The notes below the pieces were generated by a model, which was given only the letters and a program-made list of their open reading frames with translations, did not search any database and had not been told where the DNA came from. Positions 8,921 to 17,033 of a DNA stretch of 64,000 bases are shown one piece after another. The translations under genes and the position numbers were made by a program. How positions within the stretch are numbered: position 1 is the stretch's first letter; each line of letters begins with the position of its first letter. This stretch comes from Kiritimatiellia bacterium (GTDB taxonomy: Bacteria; Verrucomicrobiota; Kiritimatiellia; JAKQHR01): contig JBFXGK010000004.1 in NCBI GenBank assembly GCA_050178035.1, positions 3,009-67,008 of the forward strand, given 5' to 3'.

Positions 8921-9006
8921 GGCTGTTTTCAGGCGTTTTTTGGCACTTTTAGGCCATTTTTGGCCGTTTTTGAGCATTTTTAGCCGTTTTTTGGCACTTT
9001 TGGGCC
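8921..9006 (+). repeat. phased T-tract array, 8 units of GGCNN-T4-6, about 10.3-bp period
   Basis: T-tract starts at 8926, 8936, 8947, 8957, 8967, 8977, 8987, 8998. Shares the exact 25-mer TTTTTGGCCGTTTTTGAGCATTTTT (8957-8981) with 40752-40776. Confidence 0.9.
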
Positions 9007-9077
9007 TCTGGAGAAGGTTTGCGGATTCCGCTTTTTTGAATGCAAGTTTCTCCGCAGGTGGTATAAACAACGCATTC

Positions 9078-9758
9078 ATGAATAATGTTATTCAAATTGC
9101 CGGCGTTATGGATCGGGCCGAGGCCGCGATGCTGATTGACTGCGGGGTGACCTATCTCGGGTTTCCGCTGCGGCTGGCTTATCATAAGGAGGACCTTCCA
9201 GAGGCGGAGGCCGGGGAGATCATCCGCTCCCTGCCCGCCGGCTGCGCGGGGGTGCTCATCACCTATCTGGACAAGGCTAAGGAGATTAACCAGTTCTGCC
9301 ACGATCTCGGGGCGCGGCATGTGCAGCTTCACGGCGAGATTGCAGTCGCCGAACTGAAAAAGTTGCGCAAGCTTAATCCGGATTTGATGGTGTTCAAAAG
9401 CCTTGTCGTTGCGCAGGACAACCTGGACGATCTGAAGAAGACCGTGAAGGATCTTTCGCCGCTGGTGGATGCATTCATCACAGACACGTTTGATCCCGCG
9501 ACCGGCGCGCGCGGCGCGACCGGCAAGACACACGACTGGAAGATCAGCCGCATGCTGGTGGAACTGTCGCCGAAGCCGGTGATTCTCGCCGGCGGGCTGA
9601 ACGCGGAGAATGTCAAGGAAGCCATCCTTGCCGTGCGGCCGGCGGGCGTGGACAGCCATACCGGGGTTGAAGGCCCGGACGGTCGCAAGGACCGCGGCAA
9701 GGTGGAGCAATTTGTGCAGGAAGCCCGCGAGGCATTTGATTTCATAGAGGAAGACTGA
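9078..9758 (+). CDS. phosphoribosylanthranilate isomerase (TrpF/PRAI) family protein
   Basis: PRAI landmarks [53 protein letters not shown] 9078 chosen because the track N-terminal extension only translates the T-tract repeat. Confidence 0.8.
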   Translation: MNNVIQIAGVMDRAEAAMLIDCGVTYLGFPLRLAYHKEDLPEAEAGEIIRSLPAGCAGVLITYLDKAKEINQFCHDLGARHVQLHGEIAVAELKKLRKLNPDLMVFKSLVVAQDNLDDLKKTVKDLSPLVDAFITDTFDPATGARGATGKTHDWKISRMLVELSPKPVILAGGLNAENVKEAILAVRPAGVDSHTGVEGPDGRKDRGKVEQFVQEAREAFDFIEED

Positions 9759-10315
9759 TGGATAAGCTTATACGTGAATTTCTGGTTGGCCTCGGGGAAG
9801 ATCCCGATCGCGAAGGTTTGAAGCGCACGCCCGAGCGCGTGGTGGACGCTTTCAAGTTCCTCACCCACGGCTATGCGCTGGACCCGGCGGAAGTGGTCAA
9901 AGACGCCATTTTTACAGTGGAGGCGAACCACATGGTGATTGTGAAGGACATCGAGATCTACAGCCTTTGCGAGCACCATCTGCTTCCGTTCACCGGACGC
10001 TGCCACATCGGCTACATTCCGAACGGCCGGGTGCTGGGCGTCAGCAAGCTGGCGCGGCTGGCGGACATTTTCGCGCGGCGCCTGCAGCTCCAGGAGAGAC
10101 TGACCAACCAGATCGCCGCCGCCATCATGGAGGCTATCGAACCCGAGGGCGTCGCCGTCGTAATCGAGGCGCAGCACCTCTGCATGATGATGCGCGGCGT
10201 CGAGAAACAAAACTCAAGCATGATCACCTCGGCAATGCTCGGGGTATTCAACACGAACACCACGCGGAATGAATTTCTGCAGTTGATCAAGGGACATTTG
10301 ACGGCAAACCGCTGA
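9758..10315 (+). CDS. folE: GTP cyclohydrolase I (type 1)
   Basis: [25 protein letters not shown] overlaps the trpF-like stop by 1 nt (TGATG). Confidence 0.92.
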   Translation: MDKLIREFLVGLGEDPDREGLKRTPERVVDAFKFLTHGYALDPAEVVKDAIFTVEANHMVIVKDIEIYSLCEHHLLPFTGRCHIGYIPNGRVLGVSKLARLADIFARRLQLQERLTNQIAAAIMEAIEPEGVAVVIEAQHLCMMMRGVEKQNSSMITSAMLGVFNTNTTRNEFLQLIKGHLTANR

Positions 10316-10320
10316 ACGCG

Positions 10321-11835
10321 ATGAAACTGAACTCCATACTCCTATTGACGGCCATCCTGCTGCTGCCGGGATTCCTCCGGGCCGCAGACGCCCCGACCGG
10401 GCCGGCCGTGGAGGTCATCGGCGATCGCTTCATCATCCCGGTGCCTGATCTTCAGATGACCACTCAGATGGGAAAACCTTTGCGCCTTTATCAGGAACTC
10501 ACAAACGCCTACGTCACCAAGGTTGAAAGACCCGACGGCGAATTTGCGCTGTGTGCATTCCCGAAGTTCGACAAGAAGGGCAAGGCCACCGCCTGGATCA
10601 CCAAGGACAAGTCCGTGTTTTTCGGGATGACGGTTCCGTCCATGCCGGCGGAATTAACCCTGGAAAACGGCGAATATCTGCCGGTCGTCGGACAGACTTC
10701 ACGCGACTGGCTGGTTGCACTGGAACGCTATGGCGACAGGCTCACGATCAAGCTGCCCAGGAACCATCCGGACCTGCTTTATAAAAAACCTGTTGTTGTA
10801 GCGAAGAAGAAAGAGCCGACCCAGCAGGAAAAGCTCGAGGAAGAGCTGAAGAGATACAGGACTCCGGATGCCACGCAGGATGTGGCGCAGGCCGAGGAAG
10901 GGTCGCGGAGATCTTTCCTCGACCGGTTCAAGAAGAAAGACGCATCCAAGTCCGGCAAGGGTCGCAAGATTGTCATCGCGAAGGGTGAAGGCAATGAACT
11001 GACCGCAGAAATTGACGGCGAAAAGCTCGACACAAAAGCCCGAAAAGAGATGGAAGAGAAGCCGGCAGACGAGCCAGTCGCCGACATACCCGAAATTGTT
11101 CCGGCAGAAACCTCTGTGACAGAAAATGTGACGGATGAGGCAGAAGAGGCCAAGCCCGAGGATCCGGCAGCCGGGAAAGCCGGTTTGGCGGACCATATCC
11201 AGTGGATCGCGATCGCGGGGCTTGGAACACTTCTGCTGGTTGTCGTCGGCGTAAAGATTGTGCAGAAAAAGAAGGCCAGCGGATTCAAGATGCCGGAGAT
11301 CAAAATCAAGAAGGGCAAGGCCGCCAAACCCGCCGAAGAGAAAGTGAAAGAAAAGGAGAAGGCGCCCGAACCCCCGCCCCCCCCGCCGCCGGCGAAGAAG
11401 GAGCCGGCACCGGCCCCCGCCACCGCCAGCGACTATTTCAAGGGGCTGGCAACCAAGGTGGACTTTTCCGGTTCGCTGGAGTCGTTCTCTCTGCTGGATT
11501 TGATTCAGTTTCTGAATTCCACAAAAGAAACCGGCGATCTTCACATTCTGGATGATGCCGGGGAGAAGAGCGCTGAGCTGTTCTTTTCCAAGGGCGAAAT
11601 CATTGATGCCGTCCAGGGCAAGGCCCGCGGGGTTGCCGCCATATTCAGCCTGGTCAAGAACGCCAAGGGCAGCTTTGCGCTCTACCGCAAGAAAGAAAGC
11701 GGGGCCAAGCGCACGATCGAAATGCCCACCATGACGCTGCTGCTGGAAGCCTCCAAGAACATGGACGAGGTGCCCGCAGCCCCGGCCCCGAAACCCGAGC
11801 CCCGGCCCAAGCCGCTGTCACTCAAGAAAAAGTGA
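10321..11835 (+). CDS. single-pass membrane protein with cytoplasmic DUF4388 (PATAN-like) domain
   Basis: Signal peptide, about 270-aa exported part, TM IAIAGLGTLLLVVVGVKIV, Lys/Pro-rich linker (PEPPPPPPPAKK). C-terminal GSLESFSLLDLIQFLNSTKETGDLHI is typical of DUF4388. Confidence 0.7.
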   Translation: MKLNSILLLTAILLLPGFLRAADAPTGPAVEVIGDRFIIPVPDLQMTTQMGKPLRLYQELTNAYVTKVERPDGEFALCAFPKFDKKGKATAWITKDKSVFFGMTVPSMPAELTLENGEYLPVVGQTSRDWLVALERYGDRLTIKLPRNHPDLLYKKPVVVAKKKEPTQQEKLEEELKRYRTPDATQDVAQAEEGSRRSFLDRFKKKDASKSGKGRKIVIAKGEGNELTAEIDGEKLDTKARKEMEEKPADEPVADIPEIVPAETSVTENVTDEAEEAKPEDPAAGKAGLADHIQWIAIAGLGTLLLVVVGVKIVQKKKASGFKMPEIKIKKGKAAKPAEEKVKEKEKAPEPPPPPPPAKKEPAPAPATASDYFKGLATKVDFSGSLESFSLLDLIQFLNSTKETGDLHILDDAGEKSAELFFSKGEIIDAVQGKARGVAAIFSLVKNAKGSFALYRKKESGAKRTIEMPTMTLLLEASKNMDEVPAAPAPKPEPRPKPLSLKKK

Positions 11836-11843
11836 TCCCCGCC

Positions 11844-12194
11844 CTACCGGCTCCGGCGAATGCAGACAGAAACCCCGCTTGCTCCCGGAATGGCCTCGGG
11901 CTTGGTCACGGTGACTGCTGCTGCTGAAACCCGCTGATAATCCAGGCATTTCTCCGCGAGCTGCGCAGCCAGCGTTTCAATGAGCCAGAAGCGGCTGGAG
12001 GTGGCGAACGAGGCAACCTCCTCGCAGACGGCCTGGTAGTTGAGCGTGTCAATAATGTTGTCATTCTCGATCCCGGGCATCAGGTCGGCATCCAGTTCGA
12101 GGGTGATCAGCAGCCGCTGATAGCGCGTGCGCTCTTCCGGATGAACTCCAATGATGCACTGAACCGCAATATCCCTGATGATGATTTTATCCAT
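11844..12194 (-). CDS. folB: dihydroneopterin aldolase
   Basis: MDKIIIRDIAVQCIIGVHPEER start and 117 aa size typical of FolB. Start 12194 (internal M of the track ORF) overlaps the upstream gene stop. Confidence 0.8.
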   Translation of the reverse strand: MDKIIIRDIAVQCIIGVHPEERTRYQRLLITLELDADLMPGIENDNIIDTLNYQAVCEEVASFATSSRFWLIETLAAQLAEKCLDYQRVSAAAVTVTKPEAIPGASGVSVCIRRSR

Positions 12195-12897
12195 GGCTTT
12201 CCTCCAGCATTTTCCCAAATACAACCGCCATCGGCACACTTCCGTCTTTATCCTTGAACGGCACAATCCGCAAATTCATCTGGTGCGCTACTTCCTGTCC
12301 GGGAAATTGAATCGTCATATTCCCCACCCATGGGGATTTCTCCTGCTTCACCACCCATGCCAGAATATCCGCAAGCGCTTTGCCGTTCTCGTCGCGCTGC
12401 AATTCGGATAAAGGGACACTGCGAGGCCGCGAACCGGGAACCCCCTGAATGGCCGCGTTGCATTCAAGCGCGTCCTTCGTCACATCATAAAACATCATCG
12501 GCTCGGCTGCATGCTCAACCGCCAGCTGCAATGTCATCCGCAACTGACGAATCCTGCGCGTGCGCAGTTCGTCATAGGTGCGCACAAGATCCGCAAGCCG
12601 GTTGACCAGGCCCCCGACCGCCGACACTTCATCCCCGCGGCCAGCGGCGCCCGGCAGACCCACATCAAAATCCCCGGTAACCATGTGGCGCAGCAAATGA
12701 ACAAGCCGGGCGCGGAAAAGAAGCACGCGCCATGCGATGAACAGCATCAGCAGCGGATGCAGCGCAAAAAGTGCATATGACCAGGGATTTCCCGGATTCC
12801 GAACATGCAGCGGCACCGCGGCGGCCAGGGCGCAGAAGGCCAGCACAAACAGCAGCGTGAGCGTGCGCCCGCGCACAATGACATTCAGCATTCTCAT
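12187..12897 (-). CDS. membrane protein with HAMP-like linker and a C-terminal sensor-like domain, no output domain
   Basis: Two N-terminal TM helices. HAMP-like VTGDFDVGLPGAAGRGDEVSAVGGLVNRLADLV. About 130 aa of uncharacterised C-terminus. 4-nt overlap with trkA and 8-nt overlap with folB. Confidence 0.6.
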   Translation of the reverse strand: MRMLNVIVRGRTLTLLFVLAFCALAAAVPLHVRNPGNPWSYALFALHPLLMLFIAWRVLLFRARLVHLLRHMVTGDFDVGLPGAAGRGDEVSAVGGLVNRLADLVRTYDELRTRRIRQLRMTLQLAVEHAAEPMMFYDVTKDALECNAAIQGVPGSRPRSVPLSELQRDENGKALADILAWVVKQEKSPWVGNMTIQFPGQEVAHQMNLRIVPFKDKDGSVPMAVVFGKMLEESHG

Positions 12898-13580
12898 TGC
12901 CGTCCGAATTTCGCGATGTCTTCATCCCTGCCGACGAGGACAAGAATGTCCTTCTCTGCCAGTCGGGCATCCGGAGAGGGCACGTTGTCGGTGACCTCCT
13001 CGAACATCCGCTCGCCATCCCTGCCAATCTGCGGCACGCGCTTCTTGAGCGCCACCACATTCAGGTTGTAATCCTGCCGGATTCCGCTCTGACGCAGGGT
13101 CTTCCCGGCCAGAGCCTCCGACACCTCAATTTCGGCCACGCTGAAGCCCGGGCTCAAATACACATGCTTGACCACGTTTTCGATCATCAGGCTGCGGGCC
13201 ACCATACGGCCCATTTCGTCCTCGATGCTGATAATCGAATCCACTTCGAGGGCCTTCAGGATCTCCCGCTGCAGCGCGCTGATGGCGCGCGCCCAGATCT
13301 TTTTCACGCCGATTTTTCTGAGCAGGACGGTGATGAGCAGATTGGCCTCCACATTGTCACCAATGCAAACCACGGCGGCATCCACCTCATGCACGGCGGC
13401 CGAACGGAGGGCCGCCTCATCGCCGGCCTCAAGAGCAACGGAGACGGTCACCTTTTCCTTGAGAGCTTCGACACGCTCTTCGTCGCGATCCACGGCAATC
13501 ACCTGTGCGCCCTGCTCCATCAGTTCCAGCGCGACGGCGTGGCCGAAATTCCCGAGTCCAATAACTGCAAACTGTTTCAT
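12894..13580 (-). CDS. trkA: Trk/Ktr potassium uptake system NAD-binding subunit (RCK domains)
   Basis: Rossmann N-terminus MKQFAVIGLGNFGHAVALEL followed by an RCK_C-like half. 228 aa. Confidence 0.85.
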   Translation of the reverse strand: MKQFAVIGLGNFGHAVALELMEQGAQVIAVDRDEERVEALKEKVTVSVALEAGDEAALRSAAVHEVDAAVVCIGDNVEANLLITVLLRKIGVKKIWARAISALQREILKALEVDSIISIEDEMGRMVARSLMIENVVKHVYLSPGFSVAEIEVSEALAGKTLRQSGIRQDYNLNVVALKKRVPQIGRDGERMFEEVTDNVPSPDARLAEKDILVLVGRDEDIAKFGRQ

Positions 13581-13596
13581 GAACGCTTCTCCATTT

Positions 13597-15285
13597 CTAT
13601 CCGATCATCATCCGTTCTTCCGCGTATTTATACCGCACCGGCGCTCTTGCAGGCAACATGGCATAGGCAATCGTCAGAGGGCCCAGACGGCCAATGAACA
13701 TCAACAGGACAATGAGCAGGCGCCCTGCCCGCGAAAGGTGCGGAGTCAGGCCGGTGGAAAGCCCAACGGTGCCGAATGCGCTGACGGTTTCGAACAGCAC
13801 ATCGGTGAACGGCGCATCCTCGGTGCAAAGCAGGGCGCACGCAAACGCCGTCACCAGCAGGAGTGAAATGCAAAGCACCGCCAGCGCGCGATAAACCGTC
13901 GCAGACTGCAGTGTTCGGCGGTACAGCTCCACATGCGGACGATTCCGCAGACTGGCGGCGATGGCGGCCCACAGTGCAGCAACGGTCGTCGTCTTGATCC
14001 CGCCGCCGGTGGATCCCGGTGAAGCGCCGATGAACATCAGCGCAATAATCACCAGCAGCACTGCGGGTGAAAAACTCCCGATGTCCACCGTGTTAAATCC
14101 GGCCGTCCGGGCCGTGACGGACTGAAATACCGAAGCCATGATCGCATCGGCCGTGCTCATGTCCCCAAGCAATCCGGTGCGTTCCTTCAGATAAATCAGG
14201 GCGGCGCCGCCCAGGATGAGGGTGACCGACACGGTCAGCACCGTTTTGGTCTGCACCCGAAGTCTGGCTTTCCGGTTTCCTTCGGCAGAATGCCTGAGCC
14301 GGCACTGGAAATCCCGGATGACCGGAAAGCCAAGGCCGCCGGAAACAATGAGTGCGGCAATCACCGCGTTGACGGCCGGGCTGTCGCGGAACCCGGATAT
14401 GCTGTCTGAAAACGTGGAGAATCCGGCATTGCAGAAGGCAGACACCGAATGAAACAGTGAATGCCAGACAGCCGATGGCAGGGACTCCAAACGGCCATGC
14501 CAGGAAACAAAGAGGAGCAGCGCGCCGGCGACTTCGAACCACAGCGTCATCAGCACAATAAAACGGACCATCCCGCGCACACCGGAAACGGTATCGTGAT
14601 CCAGCGCGCCCTGCATCATCACGCGCTGCCGCAAATCCATGCGCTTGCGGAGCAGCGCGACCAGTGCAACCGAAAAAGTCATGATCCCAAGGCCGCCGAC
14701 CTGAATCAGGGCCAGCACAACCGCCTGGCCGAATGCGCTGAAATAGGTGGCGGTGTCCTGCACGATCAACCCTGTGACACAAACTGCGGAAGTGGCTGTG
14801 AACAGCGCATCCACCAGCGGCATGCGGGCTCCGCTGACAGTGGCCGCAGGAAGCATCAGCAGCACGGTTCCGACTCCGATTGCCCCGGAAAACCCCATCA
14901 GCATAAGCTGCGCCGGTTTTAGTGCCAGCAGGCTCAGCAGCCCCCTGATCCGGCTGATACGCGAAAGGAGCATGGCGACAATGACAATCTGCCGTGTGAT
15001 GGTATAGAGGCTGCCATGCTCGGCACCCACGAAATACTGAATCACCGGGACGAAAACAATCGCCTCATACCAATGCCCCCGCAGGTGAACGGTCTTATCA
15101 GGAGCTGAACGGAAGCACCAAAGCACATCAACAATATAGATCGTCCACACTGCAAGATTCGCAACACGGAACGCGGATGCCCACCGGAGACCGAAAATCG
15201 TGTTTTCGAACAACAGCAGCACAAACGCCGCGACAGAAATGATCCCGATGAATAAAACGGACCGTTTTTTGGAGTCAGCCTTCAT
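13597..15285 (-). CDS. trkH: TrkH/KtrB family cation transporter with about 110-aa N-terminal 4-TM extension
   Basis: Repeated M1-P-M2 units with selectivity-filter-like GLGIMT, NAGFST, TAGFNT, GSTGGGIKT and TVGLSTG. 562 aa versus about 445-485 for typical family members. Confidence 0.85.
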   Translation of the reverse strand: MKADSKKRSVLFIGIISVAAFVLLLFENTIFGLRWASAFRVANLAVWTIYIVDVLWCFRSAPDKTVHLRGHWYEAIVFVPVIQYFVGAEHGSLYTITRQIVIVAMLLSRISRIRGLLSLLALKPAQLMLMGFSGAIGVGTVLLMLPAATVSGARMPLVDALFTATSAVCVTGLIVQDTATYFSAFGQAVVLALIQVGGLGIMTFSVALVALLRKRMDLRQRVMMQGALDHDTVSGVRGMVRFIVLMTLWFEVAGALLLFVSWHGRLESLPSAVWHSLFHSVSAFCNAGFSTFSDSISGFRDSPAVNAVIAALIVSGGLGFPVIRDFQCRLRHSAEGNRKARLRVQTKTVLTVSVTLILGGAALIYLKERTGLLGDMSTADAIMASVFQSVTARTAGFNTVDIGSFSPAVLLVIIALMFIGASPGSTGGGIKTTTVAALWAAIAASLRNRPHVELYRRTLQSATVYRALAVLCISLLLVTAFACALLCTEDAPFTDVLFETVSAFGTVGLSTGLTPHLSRAGRLLIVLLMFIGRLGPLTIAYAMLPARAPVRYKYAEERMMIG

Positions 15286-16204
15286 TTGCCTTTCGGGTCT
15301 TCAATCGGGGCGTCAGCACCCGTGCCGAGGGAACAAATTCCGAGGCCGGACCGGCATGGGCATGCTGATCGTCAAAGAATATGTGGGGATTGAACTGCTT
15401 CAGGATCTGGTCCTTCGACACTCCGCCCATGAAGAACATTTCGTCGATGCGTATGCCCCACGCGCGCAGCGTGAGGATCACACGCTTGTGGGCGGGACTG
15501 CTGCGGGCCGTCACCAGCGCTGTGCGGATCGGAGCCTCTCCGCCCTGCCTGCGGCATTCCTTCTGGATTTCCGCGATGGCGCGCAGGAAAGAAGCGAACG
15601 GGCCTGCGGCCATCGGATTTTCCGCGTTGGCCTTTTCGTGCCGGTAAAATGCGTCTATCCCCTGCTCCTGGAATATCTGCTCAGAGTCATCGGAGAAAAT
15701 CACGGCATCGCCGTCAAACGCAATGCGAAGCTGTTTCAGGTCGTCTTCCGCCGCCTGCACCGGCGGATCATAAAGGAGTCCGGCGGCCACACCGCAGTCC
15801 AGCGCCTCCTGGACATCCTTCTCGCTGCGCGAGAGAAACAGTTTCACATTATAGGCATCCAGGTACTTGGCCACCGGCTCTCCGCCGATGAAGGCCGAGC
15901 GCGTGATATCAAGCTTGTGATGCTCGACGGAATTCATGACGCGCACACCGACCTCGGGCTCCATGTTGGAGAGGATGACGACCTCCACCAGCCTGCGGCC
16001 CGGAACCAGCTCGTTCAGCCGCAGCAGCGCGCGGATCAGGGGCATCGCGGCGCCCGCCTTGAAAGGCTCGTTTTCATGGCTGATCTGATGATCAATATAG
16101 TCGTCGAGCGATTTCTTCAGATAGACATCGTGTTCCTTGCGGTTCTCAAAAAGCGCGGTGGAGGATATGGCCACCACCAGCAAATTAGTCAGATCGTATG
16201 ACAT
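15275..16204 (-). CDS. 5'-nucleotidase family protein (PF06189-like, from memory of the family N-terminus)
   Basis: MSYDLTNLLVVAISSTALFE N-terminus and overall composition. Start 16204 chosen (MSYDL). 11-nt overlap with the trkH start. Confidence 0.6.
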   Translation of the reverse strand: MSYDLTNLLVVAISSTALFENRKEHDVYLKKSLDDYIDHQISHENEPFKAGAAMPLIRALLRLNELVPGRRLVEVVILSNMEPEVGVRVMNSVEHHKLDITRSAFIGGEPVAKYLDAYNVKLFLSRSEKDVQEALDCGVAAGLLYDPPVQAAEDDLKQLRIAFDGDAVIFSDDSEQIFQEQGIDAFYRHEKANAENPMAAGPFASFLRAIAEIQKECRRQGGEAPIRTALVTARSSPAHKRVILTLRAWGIRIDEMFFMGGVSKDQILKQFNPHIFFDDQHAHAGPASEFVPSARVLTPRLKTRKANEG

Positions 16205-16238
16205 GTCCCGACTCCTGCCTGAAAACCCAGCCGATCCT

Positions 16239-16955
16239 TCAGGGGGCATCCACGGGGATCAGCCCCAGATGCTGGCCTGAATCCACAAAAAGCGTCTGAC
16301 CGGTGACCGCCGGGGCGGACATCAGATACACCACCGCGGCGGCGACATCCTCCACCGTGGGGCTGTGATCAAGCATCATCTCGCCCGCCTTCTCCCTGAC
16401 ATGCACAGGCGGGAGCACCGGGCCGGGGGCCACGGCATTGACCGTGATTCCGGGGGCCAGGTCGCACGCAGCCTGCAGCGTGGCCTCATAAAGCATTTTT
16501 TTGCTGAGCGTGTAGGAAAAATAGCGGCTGTCGGGGCGGCGAATATTGCGGTCAAGAATATTCACAATGGCGCCGGATTTGCACTGTTCCGCGAAGAGCT
16601 TCATCAGCAGGATCGGCGAGATCGCATTGATCTGGAGCTGGCGGTGAGACTCCTCGGGGTCGAAGTCCTTGAGGGTGTCCGGCAGGTACAGAGCCGCATT
16701 GTTGACCAGTCCGTCCAGCGGGCCGGCCTCGCTGATCAGGCGCTCGCATTCGTCCGGATAAGACAGATCGGCCTTGATTTCGACCGCCTCGTGCCCCCGC
16801 TCCCGGATCAGGGCGCGCAATTCGTCCGCCGAGGCGCAGGACTGGTGGTATTGAAGGACGGGAACGGCACCCGCATCCGCAAGTGCAAGCGCAATGGCGC
16901 GGCCCACGCGCACCGCTCCGCCGGTGACTAATATTCTGCGATTTTTCAAGTTCAT
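16239..16955 (-). CDS. short-chain dehydrogenase, pteridine reductase / FolM-like
   Basis: Cofactor motif TGGAVRVGRAIA has Arg where classical SDRs have Gly, as in PTR1 and FolM. Catalytic YTLSK. Start 16955 (MNLKNRRILV). Confidence 0.7.
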   Translation of the reverse strand: MNLKNRRILVTGGAVRVGRAIALALADAGAVPVLQYHQSCASADELRALIRERGHEAVEIKADLSYPDECERLISEAGPLDGLVNNAALYLPDTLKDFDPEESHRQLQINAISPILLMKLFAEQCKSGAIVNILDRNIRRPDSRYFSYTLSKKMLYEATLQAACDLAPGITVNAVAPGPVLPPVHVREKAGEMMLDHSPTVEDVAAAVVYLMSAPAVTGQTLFVDSGQHLGLIPVDAP

Positions 16956-17033
16956 GATTATTAACTGTTGCGAATGCATCATATCCGGTATAAAGGGCAT
17001 CAGCAAATGAATAATCACCGGACGGGGACAGTC

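Noticed and set aside
8801-9079. 92-aa minus-strand ORF, and the N-terminal extension of the 8940-9758 ORF, reading FWPFLSIF / KNGQKWPKSAKKRLK. Also 40581-40793 (-) and 40684-41016 (+).
   Set aside because: These peptides are just translations of the phased T-tract repeat arrays. The same peptide appears at both loci only because the DNA repeat does.
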